IMG/VR virus record: IMGVR_UViG_3300031669_000014
Span: 1 to 64,000 of that record
Length of the DNA: 64,000 nt
Origin: a virus
Strand: one strand, 5' to 3'
The notes beneath the pieces are model-generated. The model was not told the origin of the DNA. It ran no database searches and saw only the letters and a list, made by a program, of their open reading frames with translations. How positions within the stretch are numbered: position 1 is the stretch's first letter; every line of letters begins with the position of its first letter. Position numbers and translations under genes: made by a program. Shown here one piece after another: positions 28,403 through 36,953 of this stretch.

Positions 28403-28666
28403 TTATTCAGCCTCCATATTTATCAAATTCCTACGCTCGACCACCCGTAGGCGATGCTCCAAGTCCTGGCGAATTAGCTCCTCGTTGGTTAGTTTAATTT
28501 GAAGGATCTGAGAATCGGCGCGAAGGGTTTGGACTTCGGCCTGGAGTTGCTGGATAGTAGCCGGGTTAGCGGCAAAATACACCAACCCGTTCCAAATGAT
28601 ACCGTAAGCTATTCCGGCTGATATTACTAACGTCAAGAGTCCATAAAGTAGTTTATTCACGCTCAC
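28403..28666 (-). CDS. TM + coiled-coil protein
   Basis: ORF track. Confidence 0.55.
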   Translation of the reverse strand: MSVNKLLYGLLTLVISAGIAYGIIWNGLVYFAANPATIQQLQAEVQTLRADSQILQIKLTNEELIRQDLEHRLRVVERRNLINMEAE

Positions 28667-29073
28667 GCCTCCCTAACGCTGATTTCCACCCTTGGCGTCT
28701 CACCATACCATTTACAGGCAACTAGATTGACAACTAACGAATCATCCCGCCAGATAACGCCTTTCAGCGCGTCCTTGACGCCCTTAACGATGTTGTCAAT
28801 ATCCGGCTTTGTCGTGGGCCTAATTTCCCCGATCATGGCCTGGTCCGCCTTCTTTTTACTCATCGATTTCGGGATGGACCGGTAAGCCTTAATTGTGACC
28901 GAAAGTGGCATATCCAAAGGCTTTTCCGGGCGGACCTCCAGGGCTGCGGCCAACACGCGGCTTTTGTAATCCTTGGATTCCGCTGGGTCATAAGTTTTAA
29001 CAAAGTTACCCATTCTGGCAAATCTTGGCCGTCCTTGCGCGACAGGTTCCCCGAAAACAGTGAATTGTATCAC
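28663..29073 (-). CDS. rusA: RusA-family Holliday junction resolvase
   Basis: GEPVAQGRPR, KPDIDNIVKGVKDALKGVIWRDD. Confidence 0.9.
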   Translation of the reverse strand: MIQFTVFGEPVAQGRPRFARMGNFVKTYDPAESKDYKSRVLAAALEVRPEKPLDMPLSVTIKAYRSIPKSMSKKKADQAMIGEIRPTTKPDIDNIVKGVKDALKGVIWRDDSLVVNLVACKWYGETPRVEISVREA

Positions 29074-29075
29074 CT

Positions 29076-29369
29076 CTATCCCTCCCCCGGCGTATCGTTT
29101 AAATACCTTACCCAGCAGTCAAAACAGTTGTCGGTAGTATTGCAAAGCGCCTTTGGATATGGGCAACATTGGCAACCTCTTGGCGCAAGCAGATTGGCGA
29201 TCCGCTCACGCTCGGCTTTCGCGCCCTCGATATATGTCTGCTTAATTATTACTTTGATAAGCCTGTCAGGTTCCCACTCGCTTAACTCTTTATGGCATAG
29301 TTTCAATTCTAAGCCTCCCTTTTTCCTAGCAGGTAACTTTATCTTACCTAACGGGTTAACTAGCCGCAA
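29076..29369 (-). CDS. Cys-rich hypothetical protein
   Basis: CQCCP...C...CFDCW. Confidence 0.5.
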   Translation of the reverse strand: MRLVNPLGKIKLPARKKGGLELKLCHKELSEWEPDRLIKVIIKQTYIEGAKAERERIANLLAPRGCQCCPYPKALCNTTDNCFDCWVRYLNDTPGEG

Positions 29370-29505
29370 CGGGCATCCTGTGGCCTCCTACGGGCATCCT
29401 TGCGCTTCGGATGCAGTCTCCTATGTAGCCCTCCATCGGGATACTCACCCAAAGCACACTTCCAGCAAAACAGATCCCCGGTTCTAGCCGGGTGCTTGCG
29501 GCAAA

Positions 29506-29817
29506 TCAGACAGAACATCCAAACCATCCTCCTTCGCGGTCGCTGATCTTATTCTGCCGCCTCTGATCCATCACCAGCAGGCTGACCTCATCCTCATCCC
29601 TGCGAAGGTGCGCCGCTATTCCCGGGCCTGGCGTACCCGATTTCCAAAGTTCTCTAAAATCCCGTATCTGCACCGGCGTCCAGCAAAAGTCGATATCTTC
29701 CAGGATAATCACCGTTTCACCCTGGGGTGCTACGGCTCCCACGGGACGACCTACCTTGCCGGTGTATGGCTTAGTTGTGGGGATGTTGTGTTTGTGTAAC
29801 GTGCGATGGGATTGCAT
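29506..29817 (-). CDS. Phage HTH protein
   Basis: LEDIDFCW...LWKSG...IAAHLRRDEDEV. Confidence 0.6.
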   Translation of the reverse strand: MQSHRTLHKHNIPTTKPYTGKVGRPVGAVAPQGETVIILEDIDFCWTPVQIRDFRELWKSGTPGPGIAAHLRRDEDEVSLLVMDQRRQNKISDREGGWFGCSV

Positions 29818-32575
29818 TGGTGGTCACCTCCGGGAAATGTTTCTGCGATACTCTAATGCAAAACAACTCAATCTCACTCGCCCACAGAGTTTTTATTCCT
29901 GCTCGTTGACCAGCCAGCGGGAAGCCGGCCAGCCCATCAAATAAACTGCCAAGCGTTTTCAGCCCCAGAACTTCGGTTATCCTCCGCATTATCCACTCGA
30001 CACATGGTATCGCCAACCCGTTTCCGATTGCTTTATACTTTGCTGTATCCGATGCCCCAGGGATGTTAGTCCATCCGTCTGGAAGTCCCTGGAGGCGTTC
30101 TGCCTCAAGGGGAGTTAATCTACGGACTGCATAACCGGTAAATACTGGTTTACTTTGACCATCATCGGATCTCCGTACTTCTTGAACCTCTGATAATGCT
30201 TGTCGCAAAATCCGTATCCCTTTACTAGCTTCCCGCATATTAAGCAAAATTTCTTCTGACTGTGCTTTAAGTTGTGGCAACTCCGGCAAAGTCTCTCTAA
30301 ATTCTCCGGTTCGTTGTTTGTCCAATCCTCGTCCTTGTGGTGAACATCCAGCGCATTCGGCTTGCCACACTCCGAACAGGGACCGGGGGGAATCAATTTC
30401 TGCGATCTGCCGTGGTTTGTCCTCCAGTTGTCCGTTTCTATCTTCGGCTTGTTTCTGAACCCTTCGGCCATACAATTTTGATTGCAATACTTCCTCTTGT
30501 TGAAGTGAAGCAAGGATTCCATGTCCCCATTTGGAAAACGCTTCCTCTCCAATTTCTTTCCGCAGTGCTCGCAATATCTCAATGGTGTTTCTTTCATCGG
30601 CATTACCATCAATTTCACTCCCTTTTGGTTCAATAACAATATTGTCAGTGTCGCCCCGATGTGACATATTTGCCTTGGCTAAAAGCGTGTTGGCCGGGGC
30701 AGGATAAGCCACCGCTTGTCCTCCAGCCAAATCAAGAGTATAAGCAACTTCTTCGCATATCCCTAACCCATTCGATCCGGTCTGGTCAGTCTTGCATACA
30801 TAGGTTGGTTGAGCAACAAACGTCTGCTGTTTCATCCCCGGTTCTGCCGCCAATGCCCCGGCTTTACCTTTTAAATCTCTTACCTCGTCGCGCTGGTTTT
30901 GGGCAAAGACTATAGGTTCCACAACATACGTCGTACTACTTGGCTTATCTGCCTTGCTTGCCTGTGACCGCAGGGTGTGGGTTATTTCATGTTGGCCACC
31001 AGGACCGTAAGCCACAGGTATCAATGTTTCCGTCTCCGGGTCATATCGCCGACCGGTCCCGGTCGTTACGCACTGGGCAACGGCGTGAGCAGCACCCCGG
31101 CTATCAAGCGTAAACATCTTGCCATCATCCCTAAAACCCGGCCCTTGCGCCCCAGCTTCGTCCTTGCGCCCAATAATGCTGTGTTGAATAGCTATACACT
31201 GCGTCGCTCGATCAGTGTCCAAAGCACCTATTACGGGTCCGTTTACGTGGTCTTGGCGACCGTTAAAGGCGATTGGCAGCAGATACAATCCTGTTTTTGC
31301 CCCGCCTCCACCACCACCAGCTTTCAAAGTTACGCTTTTCCTGGCATTTATTGTTATACGGTCTGATGTTTGGTCAAGGTTGACTGTTGTTTCAACGCCA
31401 TCTCCAACACAGGCGGCAACTTCTTCCCTCGCTTTTCGGCCCTCCGGAGAATCCCCTGACAGGCTTTGCTCGACAAAAAGTATTTCTCCGGCACATTCGC
31501 CTCCAAAATGTCGCTCAAGTTGCTCTGTACAGTTGGATGCTCTATCGAGATAATCATTCCAACGCTGAACCCATTCCAGTTCTGTAAACAAGTTGCTGCT
31601 TGACTGTCTCGCATAGTTCATACACTCCTTTGTCACGGTTAAAAGTAACGATTCCGAGTTGTAGAAGTCCTGGTAAGAGTTGCTCAACTGAACGATGAGC
31701 TCTGCCATGCTCAGACCTAGAAGTGAACAGGTGTAAATTGTCAATTGTGTCGTGTTGCTTATCAGTGTCGATGTGGTGGACGAGTTCGCCAGGCTGTAGG
31801 CTTCTTCCCAAATGTTCTTCCATAACTTCAATATGTCTGAATATCTCTTTTCGTTTGCCGTTCTTGTCTGGTGGTCTTCTAATTGCATATCCCTTTGTAA
31901 ATCTATAATCAACGTGCCTAAATGGGACTCCAAGCTTTTGTGCTCTATCAGAAGTATCGTTAATGTCTCTGCCAAGTTCTCCAGCAATATCAACCAGTTT
32001 TCTTCCGTTTTTATTCCGAATAACCTCATCCTCCGCAGTAGTCCATCTTTTGCATCTTTTTTTAGGGGATAGTCCGATTTTAACAGCTCGATGCCTGACG
32101 CTCGTAATTGTTCTACCAAGACGTATTGCAATATCTCGATGATTAGTTGAGTAATAATGCTCACGGATATAATCGTCTTGTTCTGGAGTATATAATTTAC
32201 GCTTACCCATACTGCAAAAATCCTCCTTCTGCGCTGCGGAACCCCCATATTCTGAGCATCCAAAACAGTCATATCAACTACAAAACCAAGTTCCTCCATG
32301 GAATCCAATACCGACTCAATATCTTTACTGCCATTACTCGAAAATGCCCCTGGAACATTTTCCCATATGCAAACTTTTGGGTATTCTCCGTTGGTGGCTG
32401 ATTGCATTTCATGGATTATCCTCACCGCCTCGTTAAAAAGTCCTGACCTTGCACCTTCCAGACCAGCACGTTTACCGGCCACACTCAAGTCCTGGCAGGG
32501 TGAGCCGAAGGTTATTATGTCAACGGGGGCTATTCTGCCGCCGTGGATGTCGGTTACACTGCCAAGGTGCTTCAA
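29771..32575 (-). CDS. dcm: C5-cytosine DNA methyltransferase, circularly permuted, multi-TRD, with two HNH-coding insertions
   Basis: GSPCQD (IV), WENV (VI), QRRRRIF (VIII), RRLTPLEAERLQG (IX), KAIGN (X), then SLFDGLAG (I) and ASEIE (II) at C-terminus. Confidence 0.85.
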   Translation of the reverse strand: MKHLGSVTDIHGGRIAPVDIITFGSPCQDLSVAGKRAGLEGARSGLFNEAVRIIHEMQSATNGEYPKVCIWENVPGAFSSNGSKDIESVLDSMEELGFVVDMTVLDAQNMGVPQRRRRIFAVWVSVNYILQNKTIISVSIITQLIIEILQYVLVEQLRASGIELLKSDYPLKKDAKDGLLRRMRLFGIKTEENWLILLENLAETLTILLIEHKSLESHLGTLIIDLQRDMQLEDHQTRTANEKRYSDILKLWKNIWEEAYSLANSSTTSTLISNTTQLTIYTCSLLGLSMAELIVQLSNSYQDFYNSESLLLTVTKECMNYARQSSSNLFTELEWVQRWNDYLDRASNCTEQLERHFGGECAGEILFVEQSLSGDSPEGRKAREEVAACVGDGVETTVNLDQTSDRITINARKSVTLKAGGGGGGAKTGLYLLPIAFNGRQDHVNGPVIGALDTDRATQCIAIQHSIIGRKDEAGAQGPGFRDDGKMFTLDSRGAAHAVAQCVTTGTGRRYDPETETLIPVAYGPGGQHEITHTLRSQASKADKPSSTTYVVEPIVFAQNQRDEVRDLKGKAGALAAEPGMKQQTFVAQPTYVCKTDQTGSNGLGICEEVAYTLDLAGGQAVAYPAPANTLLAKANMSHRGDTDNIVIEPKGSEIDGNADERNTIEILRALRKEIGEEAFSKWGHGILASLQQEEVLQSKLYGRRVQKQAEDRNGQLEDKPRQIAEIDSPRSLFGVWQAECAGCSPQGRGLDKQRTGEFRETLPELPQLKAQSEEILLNMREASKGIRILRQALSEVQEVRRSDDGQSKPVFTGYAVRRLTPLEAERLQGLPDGWTNIPGASDTAKYKAIGNGLAIPCVEWIMRRITEVLGLKTLGSLFDGLAGFPLAGQRAGIKTLWASEIELFCIRVSQKHFPEVTTNAIPSHVTQTQHPHN
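30115..30609 (-). CDS. HNH endonuclease nested in MTase (+1 frame)
   Basis: CSECG...DVHHKDEDWTNNEPENLERLCRSCH; Zn fingers; GGGAG RBS before ATG 30609 (track start 30639). Confidence 0.85.
   Translation of the reverse strand: MVMPMKETPLRYCEHCGKKLERKRFPNGDMESLLHFNKRKYCNQNCMAEGFRNKPKIETDNWRTNHGRSQKLIPPGPCSECGKPNALDVHHKDEDWTNNEPENLERLCRSCHNLKHSQKKFCLICGKLVKGYGFCDKHYQRFKKYGDPMMVKVNQYLPVMQSVD
31354..31614 (-). CDS. Small MTase-associated ORF nested in +1 frame (M.EcoHK31I beta-like arrangement)
   Basis: LSDILEANVPEKYFLSSKACQGILRRAEKRGKKLP; AAGGAG RBS. Confidence 0.7.
   Translation of the reverse strand: MRDSQAATCLQNWNGFSVGMIISIEHPTVQSNLSDILEANVPEKYFLSSKACQGILRRAEKRGKKLPPVLEMALKQQSTLTKHQTV
31554..32210 (-). 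CDS. HNH_3-type endonuclease with Myb-like repeats nested in MTase (-1 frame)
   Basis: YTPEQDDYIR / WTTAEDEVIR; RHIEVMEEHLGR.L..ELVHHID..K....NL...EHGRAH; AGGAGG RBS. Confidence 0.85.
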   Translation of the reverse strand: MGKRKLYTPEQDDYIREHYYSTNHRDIAIRLGRTITSVRHRAVKIGLSPKKRCKRWTTAEDEVIRNKNGRKLVDIAGELGRDINDTSDRAQKLGVPFRHVDYRFTKGYAIRRPPDKNGKRKEIFRHIEVMEEHLGRSLQPGELVHHIDTDKQHDTIDNLHLFTSRSEHGRAHRSVEQLLPGLLQLGIVTFNRDKGVYELCETVKQQLVYRTGMGSALE

Positions 32576-32590
32576 CGGTGATCACCTCGC

Positions 32591-33028
32591 CTAAAAGTTA
32601 ACATCAATCTTTTCCCCTTGCAGGATCCGCCGGTCTGTCTGCGTCGCCCAGCTCGGGGCCATCGGCCAGCCGTTTAATCTGTCGCCTGCCTTACACGGGC
32701 ACCGGCAGTAGCGATCTTCCCCTTCCTGTAAAACTGTGATATAACCCCCGCCGCCACAAACGGAGCAACCCGTTTTTTTTAGTGGCTGAAAGGCTGTATT
32801 GCGCTGATCGTCCTTAATACTTTGTATTGCGCCCTGGATATCTGCAACCGTGGGGAAGAATTTTGCCGTGGCCAGCACCTTTTTAAGCGCTTCTTTAACC
32901 TGCGGATAAGGTAATTCCCCTAACATTTCTTCCCAAGTCATCCCAATTTGTACAAGTTCTTTATTCTGGATACTTGGGAAACTTCCATAAGCTAGAGTTA
33001 TTAAACTTTTAATCTCCTGTTTATTCAC
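32591..33028 (-). CDS. Helicase loader/inhibitor (G39P-like) with Zn motif
   Basis: W..ML.ELPY..V..AL...KFFPTVADI; CSVCGGGG...CRCPC; follows initiator. Confidence 0.7.
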   Translation of the reverse strand: MNKQEIKSLITLAYGSFPSIQNKELVQIGMTWEEMLGELPYPQVKEALKKVLATAKFFPTVADIQGAIQSIKDDQRNTAFQPLKKTGCSVCGGGGYITVLQEGEDRYCRCPCKAGDRLNGWPMAPSWATQTDRRILQGEKIDVNF

Positions 33029-33791
33029 TGTTCGCCCACTCCTCTAAAGCCTGTCTTCCGGTTGACCAACCTTCCTGGCTTTGTCCGCCCTCATGGTATT
33101 CATCCTCCCAACCTTTAGCATTTAGCCAGGTTGCCGGATGGGGAATCCATTTCCCATTTTCCTTTGTCCACCCCGCCGAAGTCTTGGCCCGCTTTAACGC
33201 ATCAAGAATGACTGCTAGAAGCTGTTCGTCCGGTTTGATTTTATTCCATGCTTTTTCAGCCTGGCCCTTAGACTTTTTATTTGGATATGATTGCCAAAAT
33301 TCGTCAAACATTTCTTGATGATTTATTTTTTCTTGCGCAAGTATTTTAAGATCTTTATTCTTTACATTCTTTACATTCTTTACATTCTTGTTTGTGTTCA
33401 TTTGTTGTTCATTTGCTGTTCGTTTGTTGTTCATTTGTTGTTCATTTTGTTGTTCAGGTTGGTCCCCTTCCCCCTGATAAAAAGCCCAATTCTCAATGGT
33501 TACAATAGAAAATTTGTTGTTCGGCTGGATGACCAATCTTTCACTCGATTCTAATTTTTTTACGTAACGATACAGTGACGAGGGATGTAGCTTTAATTCT
33601 GCCGCAGCCTTGTCTCTGCCGAAGACAAATTGCCCTGGTTTTAGGATAACTTTTTGAAGTCCAACAAGTTGCTCATGCTCTTTATGACTGGCTTTAAGTA
33701 AACACCACACCCAAACTTTAAGGAGGTTCTCATTGTCAAATAACGGGTTGTCTAATAAACACCGGTGAAGCTTGATGTAGCCGCTTGCCAT
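33021..33791 (-). CDS. Phage replication initiator (replisome organiser)
   Basis: GYIKLHR, FDEFWQSYPNK, IPHPATWLN; internal iterons. Confidence 0.88.
   Translation of the reverse strand: MASGYIKLHRCLLDNPLFDNENLLKVWVWCLLKASHKEHEQLVGLQKVILKPGQFVFGRDKAAAELKLHPSSLYRYVKKLESSERLVIQPNNKFSIVTIENWAFYQGEGDQPEQQNEQQMNNKRTANEQQMNTNKNVKNVKNVKNKDLKILAQEKINHQEMFDEFWQSYPNKKSKGQAEKAWNKIKPDEQLLAVILDALKRAKTSAGWTKENGKWIPHPATWLNAKGWEDEYHEGGQSQEGWSTGRQALEEWANSE
33361..33456. repeat. Lytic origin iterons inside initiator gene
   Basis: TTTACATTC x3 (33361-33387); TTTGYTGTTCR x5 at ~11-bp period (33401-33456). Confidence 0.75.
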
Positions 33792-33856
33792 CCCCGCGCC
33801 TCCCGCTCATATCTGATCTCCCCACGCCGGCTATGCCGCCCTTACCCCCCGTGACT

Positions 33857-34012
33857 CTAAAACAAACTCAACTGGTCAAGATTCTTTGCCGCCATTGGAT
33901 TCAGCCAACACTCCCCGCACGTCCGCCGGTGTAACTCCGTCTCTCTGCTCACGGTACACTTGGAGAGGCACCCCTCGCGGCGGACTTGGCAGCGGCAGGT
34001 TGGGTTTGTCAC
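33857..34012 (-). CDS. Cys-rich microprotein ending in beta-clamp motif QLSLF (51 aa)
   Basis: Manual translation MTNPTCRCQV...CGECWLNPMAAKNLDQLSLF*. Confidence 0.55.
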   Translation of the reverse strand: MTNPTCRCQVRREGCLSKCTVSRETELHRRTCGECWLNPMAAKNLDQLSLF

Positions 34013-34131
34013 GCCTTCTCCCCCTCCTTCGGCGGCGGCACATCAGCTCCGCACTCTACACAGCGCCAGGTCCCCTCCGCATCTTCCGACCAGCGCTCTT
34101 CCCCGCATCCGGGGCAAATCCTTTTAACCAA
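34009..34131 (-). CDS. Zinc-ribbon microprotein (40 aa)
   Basis: MVKRICPGCGEERWS...WRCVECG; GGAGGTG RBS. Confidence 0.6.
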   Translation of the reverse strand: MVKRICPGCGEERWSEDAEGTWRCVECGADVPPPKEGEKA

Positions 34132-34276
34132 CGGTTGTCACCTCCAACGCCCGGTAATACTCCACGACCAGCCGGTCAACTACCAAACTCTGCGCTAATA
34201 TCCCCGGCGCTCCAAGCGTCATCTTCCGCAGCTTCTTTTGTTCCCGGCGAAGTTCGCGGTATATGCGGTCAATCAT
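34124..34276 (-). CDS. Spo0E-like small helical protein (50 aa)
   Basis: MIDRIYRELRREQKKL...ILAQSLVVDRLVVEYYR. Confidence 0.45.
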   Translation of the reverse strand: MIDRIYRELRREQKKLRKMTLGAPGILAQSLVVDRLVVEYYRALEVTTVG

Positions 34277-34679
34277 CTACGGCCACCTTCTTCCCCGGCA
34301 ATCCCCAAAGAATCTCATCCCAGCCAAGGTTAAACGCAAGCAACCCAAATTGCCACCCCTCATCATGCCTTGTGTCGTGCAGCGCCTTATATCCTTCCTC
34401 CCTACTTTTGGTGGCAACACCGGGATTATGTTGGCACGTCATACCGACATACAGTCCCTGCATCCGGCATATCTGCGGCCTCGCCTCGTAGACAGAGCAA
34501 CGGTTGTTTTCGATGTCACGCAGGGGGCAGGTGGAAAATCCTCTCTTTTGGTTTTGCAGGCGGGCTACTTCCTCTTGGGAAAACTGGCGGACTTCCCTCC
34601 GAATCATGCGTAACTCGTCGGAATTTACCGGGATGATACCGCAGCACCGGCCACAATTTTGGCAGGTAAAAGTTGGCAT
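34269..34679 (-). CDS. YkgJ-family cysteine-cluster protein
   Basis: CQNCGRCC...CPL...CSVYEARPQICR. Confidence 0.85.
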   Translation of the reverse strand: MPTFTCQNCGRCCGIIPVNSDELRMIRREVRQFSQEEVARLQNQKRGFSTCPLRDIENNRCSVYEARPQICRMQGLYVGMTCQHNPGVATKSREEGYKALHDTRHDEGWQFGLLAFNLGWDEILWGLPGKKVAVDD

Positions 34680-34692
34680 GTGATCACGCTCC

Positions 34693-35412
34693 TTAGAATG
34701 GTACTTCCGAATCGTCAAACCAAACTTCCTCACCGTTTTCCAGTTTACCGAGAAATTCGATGAAATCGCTGGCATTCTTCTTCGTTAATTGCTTGCTGTC
34801 GTCAACCTTATATCGCTGCCGCATCATCTTTTTAACATCTTCCGGCTTAATGCTCATTTTTGTCGTCACGGCATAGATTTTCTTGCGTTGTGGATCAGAT
34901 AATAATTCTCCGTTTTGTGGCTGTGATTGCACTGGAGGCTGCTGTGGTTTGTCTGGTTGGCTTGGTAGTGTCTGTGTTGGTTTATTATATTTGGTCTTAT
35001 CCTTATCCCAGTAGACATCTGCCCCAAAACCCAATGCTTTACATGAAACACTTATGGCATCGGTCAAAGCCATCTTGAAACATTCATCAGATACATAGGG
35101 ACCATTTCTTTCATTCGCCACAAATGCGCTTCCCCCAGTCCCTGGGATAGCCTCAGACCATTCGCCGTCAACCTTGATGAATAAATCTATATTTACAAAT
35201 GCCGCCATTTCACCTGTGCCACCAGTTTCAAGCCATTGTTTTGTTATCGAATATCTCCAACCAACTCCACACATTCCAAACTGTTCAGTTAGTTGCTTAA
35301 GCCTCCACATGGGGTTAATATCACTTTTACCCTTTAGCCTACCAGCTTGTATCTCCTTAAGTGCAGTAGGCGGTACCGTTCTAACCTTTTCCCATATTTC
35401 TAAGTTATCCAC
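34693..35412 (-). CDS. Rad52/Sak-like single-strand annealing protein
   Basis: DINPMWR..LTEQFGMCGVGW; KMALTDAISV; ends DDSEVPF. Confidence 0.75.
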   Translation of the reverse strand: MDNLEIWEKVRTVPPTALKEIQAGRLKGKSDINPMWRLKQLTEQFGMCGVGWRYSITKQWLETGGTGEMAAFVNIDLFIKVDGEWSEAIPGTGGSAFVANERNGPYVSDECFKMALTDAISVSCKALGFGADVYWDKDKTKYNKPTQTLPSQPDKPQQPPVQSQPQNGELLSDPQRKKIYAVTTKMSIKPEDVKKMMRQRYKVDDSKQLTKKNASDFIEFLGKLENGEEVWFDDSEVPF

Positions 35413-35475
35413 TATATCACCCCATATTATAGAGAGTTTACCGGGACCGGAGCCCCGGTTATATTAGGGGGGGGG

Positions 35476-36786
35476 TTACACTGTTTGTGCATTAACTGCC
35501 TTAACTTCACCATCCTCGATGTAGATTCCAACCTCCCCGGTATCATTGACAATCTCAACCCATACCTGCATGTCCTTGTCTTTCGCCATCTCCCTGATAA
35601 CATTCATATTGTCACTATCAAGGAGGCTCCCATCGCGGATCCTTATTACCCGAATGTCAGGATTTAACGCCATCGCCATCGCCACGGATACTTTTATTTG
35701 CTCGGTTGTGCAGCATTGTTTGAATGGTATCGTGTTGAATATTACGCCGTCCTCATCAAAGCCCAGGCCTTCAATCGGGAAATTCGCCTCTTTGAGCATC
35801 TTGGCTTTCTGATCGTCGATAGCCTGAATCTTTACGGTTAGATCGTCACTATCAGCCTGCGCCTTTTTAATCTTGTCCTGGGTTGCGTTGTATTCATTGG
35901 CCGATCTGATGTCCTGGTTGGTCTTTTCAATGTTACTTAATTTTTCCTGGAAGGCGTCAATGTCAGGGTTAACCAGCGCATCAACCTTGGCTTTTAAATC
36001 CTTGCCATTAACATTCAGCCCATTAAGTATGGACTTGGTTTTATCCCGCGAAGTCTGGAGTTTAATGATCTGATCCTGGAGGTCTTTGATCTTTTCGTCG
36101 ATACTGACAATAGTTGTCCTATGTGTGGAGGCATCCTGTGACATTCGTTGAAGTTCGCGACGCTTCTCGTCGTTGGCGTTCTTCTGTTCCTGTGCCACCT
36201 TTATCTCGGCAAGGATATCTGAGGCGCTTACTTCCTCCACTGGGAGCCCATGAACAGGGCATTGCATCATCCCAAGGTGACTTTCATACTGCTTTAAGTC
36301 CCGGTTAACATCCCGGCGCTGTTCGTACAGTTTTGCCTTTTGACCATCTAATACCGCCGGGTCAACCGGAAGCGAAACAAACTCCATGATTGTTTTAATC
36401 TGTGTCTTTTCGTCCTGCTGTGCGAAGGCCATTGGGTCGAAGGATAAGCGCCCCACAAGGCCGTCAAGCATCTTCTGGGGGGACTTGAAAGTAGCGCCTT
36501 CCCTGTTCTCCACGTACAGGGTACTCTTGTCGTTAGATGTCCATTTGCGGGTCACAATGATGTCGCCAAGGTCAAGTTTAACGCTAGCCCGTTTCTCTCC
36601 GTCCCTGACCGGCCTGACCATCTCCTTAGAGGCGTTGCCACCTGCCAAAGCTAACCATATACTGTCAAGGATACTGGTTTTCCCCTGGCCGTTTTTACCG
36701 CTGATAGTGACGATGTTACCGTCTGGAGTAATCTCCACCGCTTTAAGTTTCTTGATATTTTCAGCTTGCAGTTTAATAATTTTCAT
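35476..36786 (-). CDS. AAA/SMC-like ATPase
   Basis: GKNGQGKTS Walker A, long coiled coil, IRDGSLLD. Confidence 0.85.
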   Translation of the reverse strand: MKIIKLQAENIKKLKAVEITPDGNIVTISGKNGQGKTSILDSIWLALAGGNASKEMVRPVRDGEKRASVKLDLGDIIVTRKWTSNDKSTLYVENREGATFKSPQKMLDGLVGRLSFDPMAFAQQDEKTQIKTIMEFVSLPVDPAVLDGQKAKLYEQRRDVNRDLKQYESHLGMMQCPVHGLPVEEVSASDILAEIKVAQEQKNANDEKRRELQRMSQDASTHRTTIVSIDEKIKDLQDQIIKLQTSRDKTKSILNGLNVNGKDLKAKVDALVNPDIDAFQEKLSNIEKTNQDIRSANEYNATQDKIKKAQADSDDLTVKIQAIDDQKAKMLKEANFPIEGLGFDEDGVIFNTIPFKQCCTTEQIKVSVAMAMALNPDIRVIRIRDGSLLDSDNMNVIREMAKDKDMQVWVEIVNDTGEVGIYIEDGEVKAVNAQTV

Positions 36787-36953
36787 TTGTATCATCCTTC
36801 CCACATCGTTTACAAAAGTAACCGCTTAATATTTGTACTCCACAGTTCCAGCAAAAGCATGGTTCCGACTGTTCATGTTGTTTTCGCAGGTGTACTATTG
36901 TTGTGCCTTCTATGTCCTGGGAATAGTTGTCGAGGTTCATCGCTATCCCTCCG

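Noticed and set aside
30115-32210. Inteins or group I introns in the MTase
   Set aside because: No intein splice motifs, nucleases are out of frame, inserts are almost entirely coding leaving little room for a ribozyme core; splicing not formally excluded
33361-33456. CRISPR-like repeats
   Set aside because: Short tandem iterons without spacers; no CRISPR array, cas or tRNA recognised anywhere
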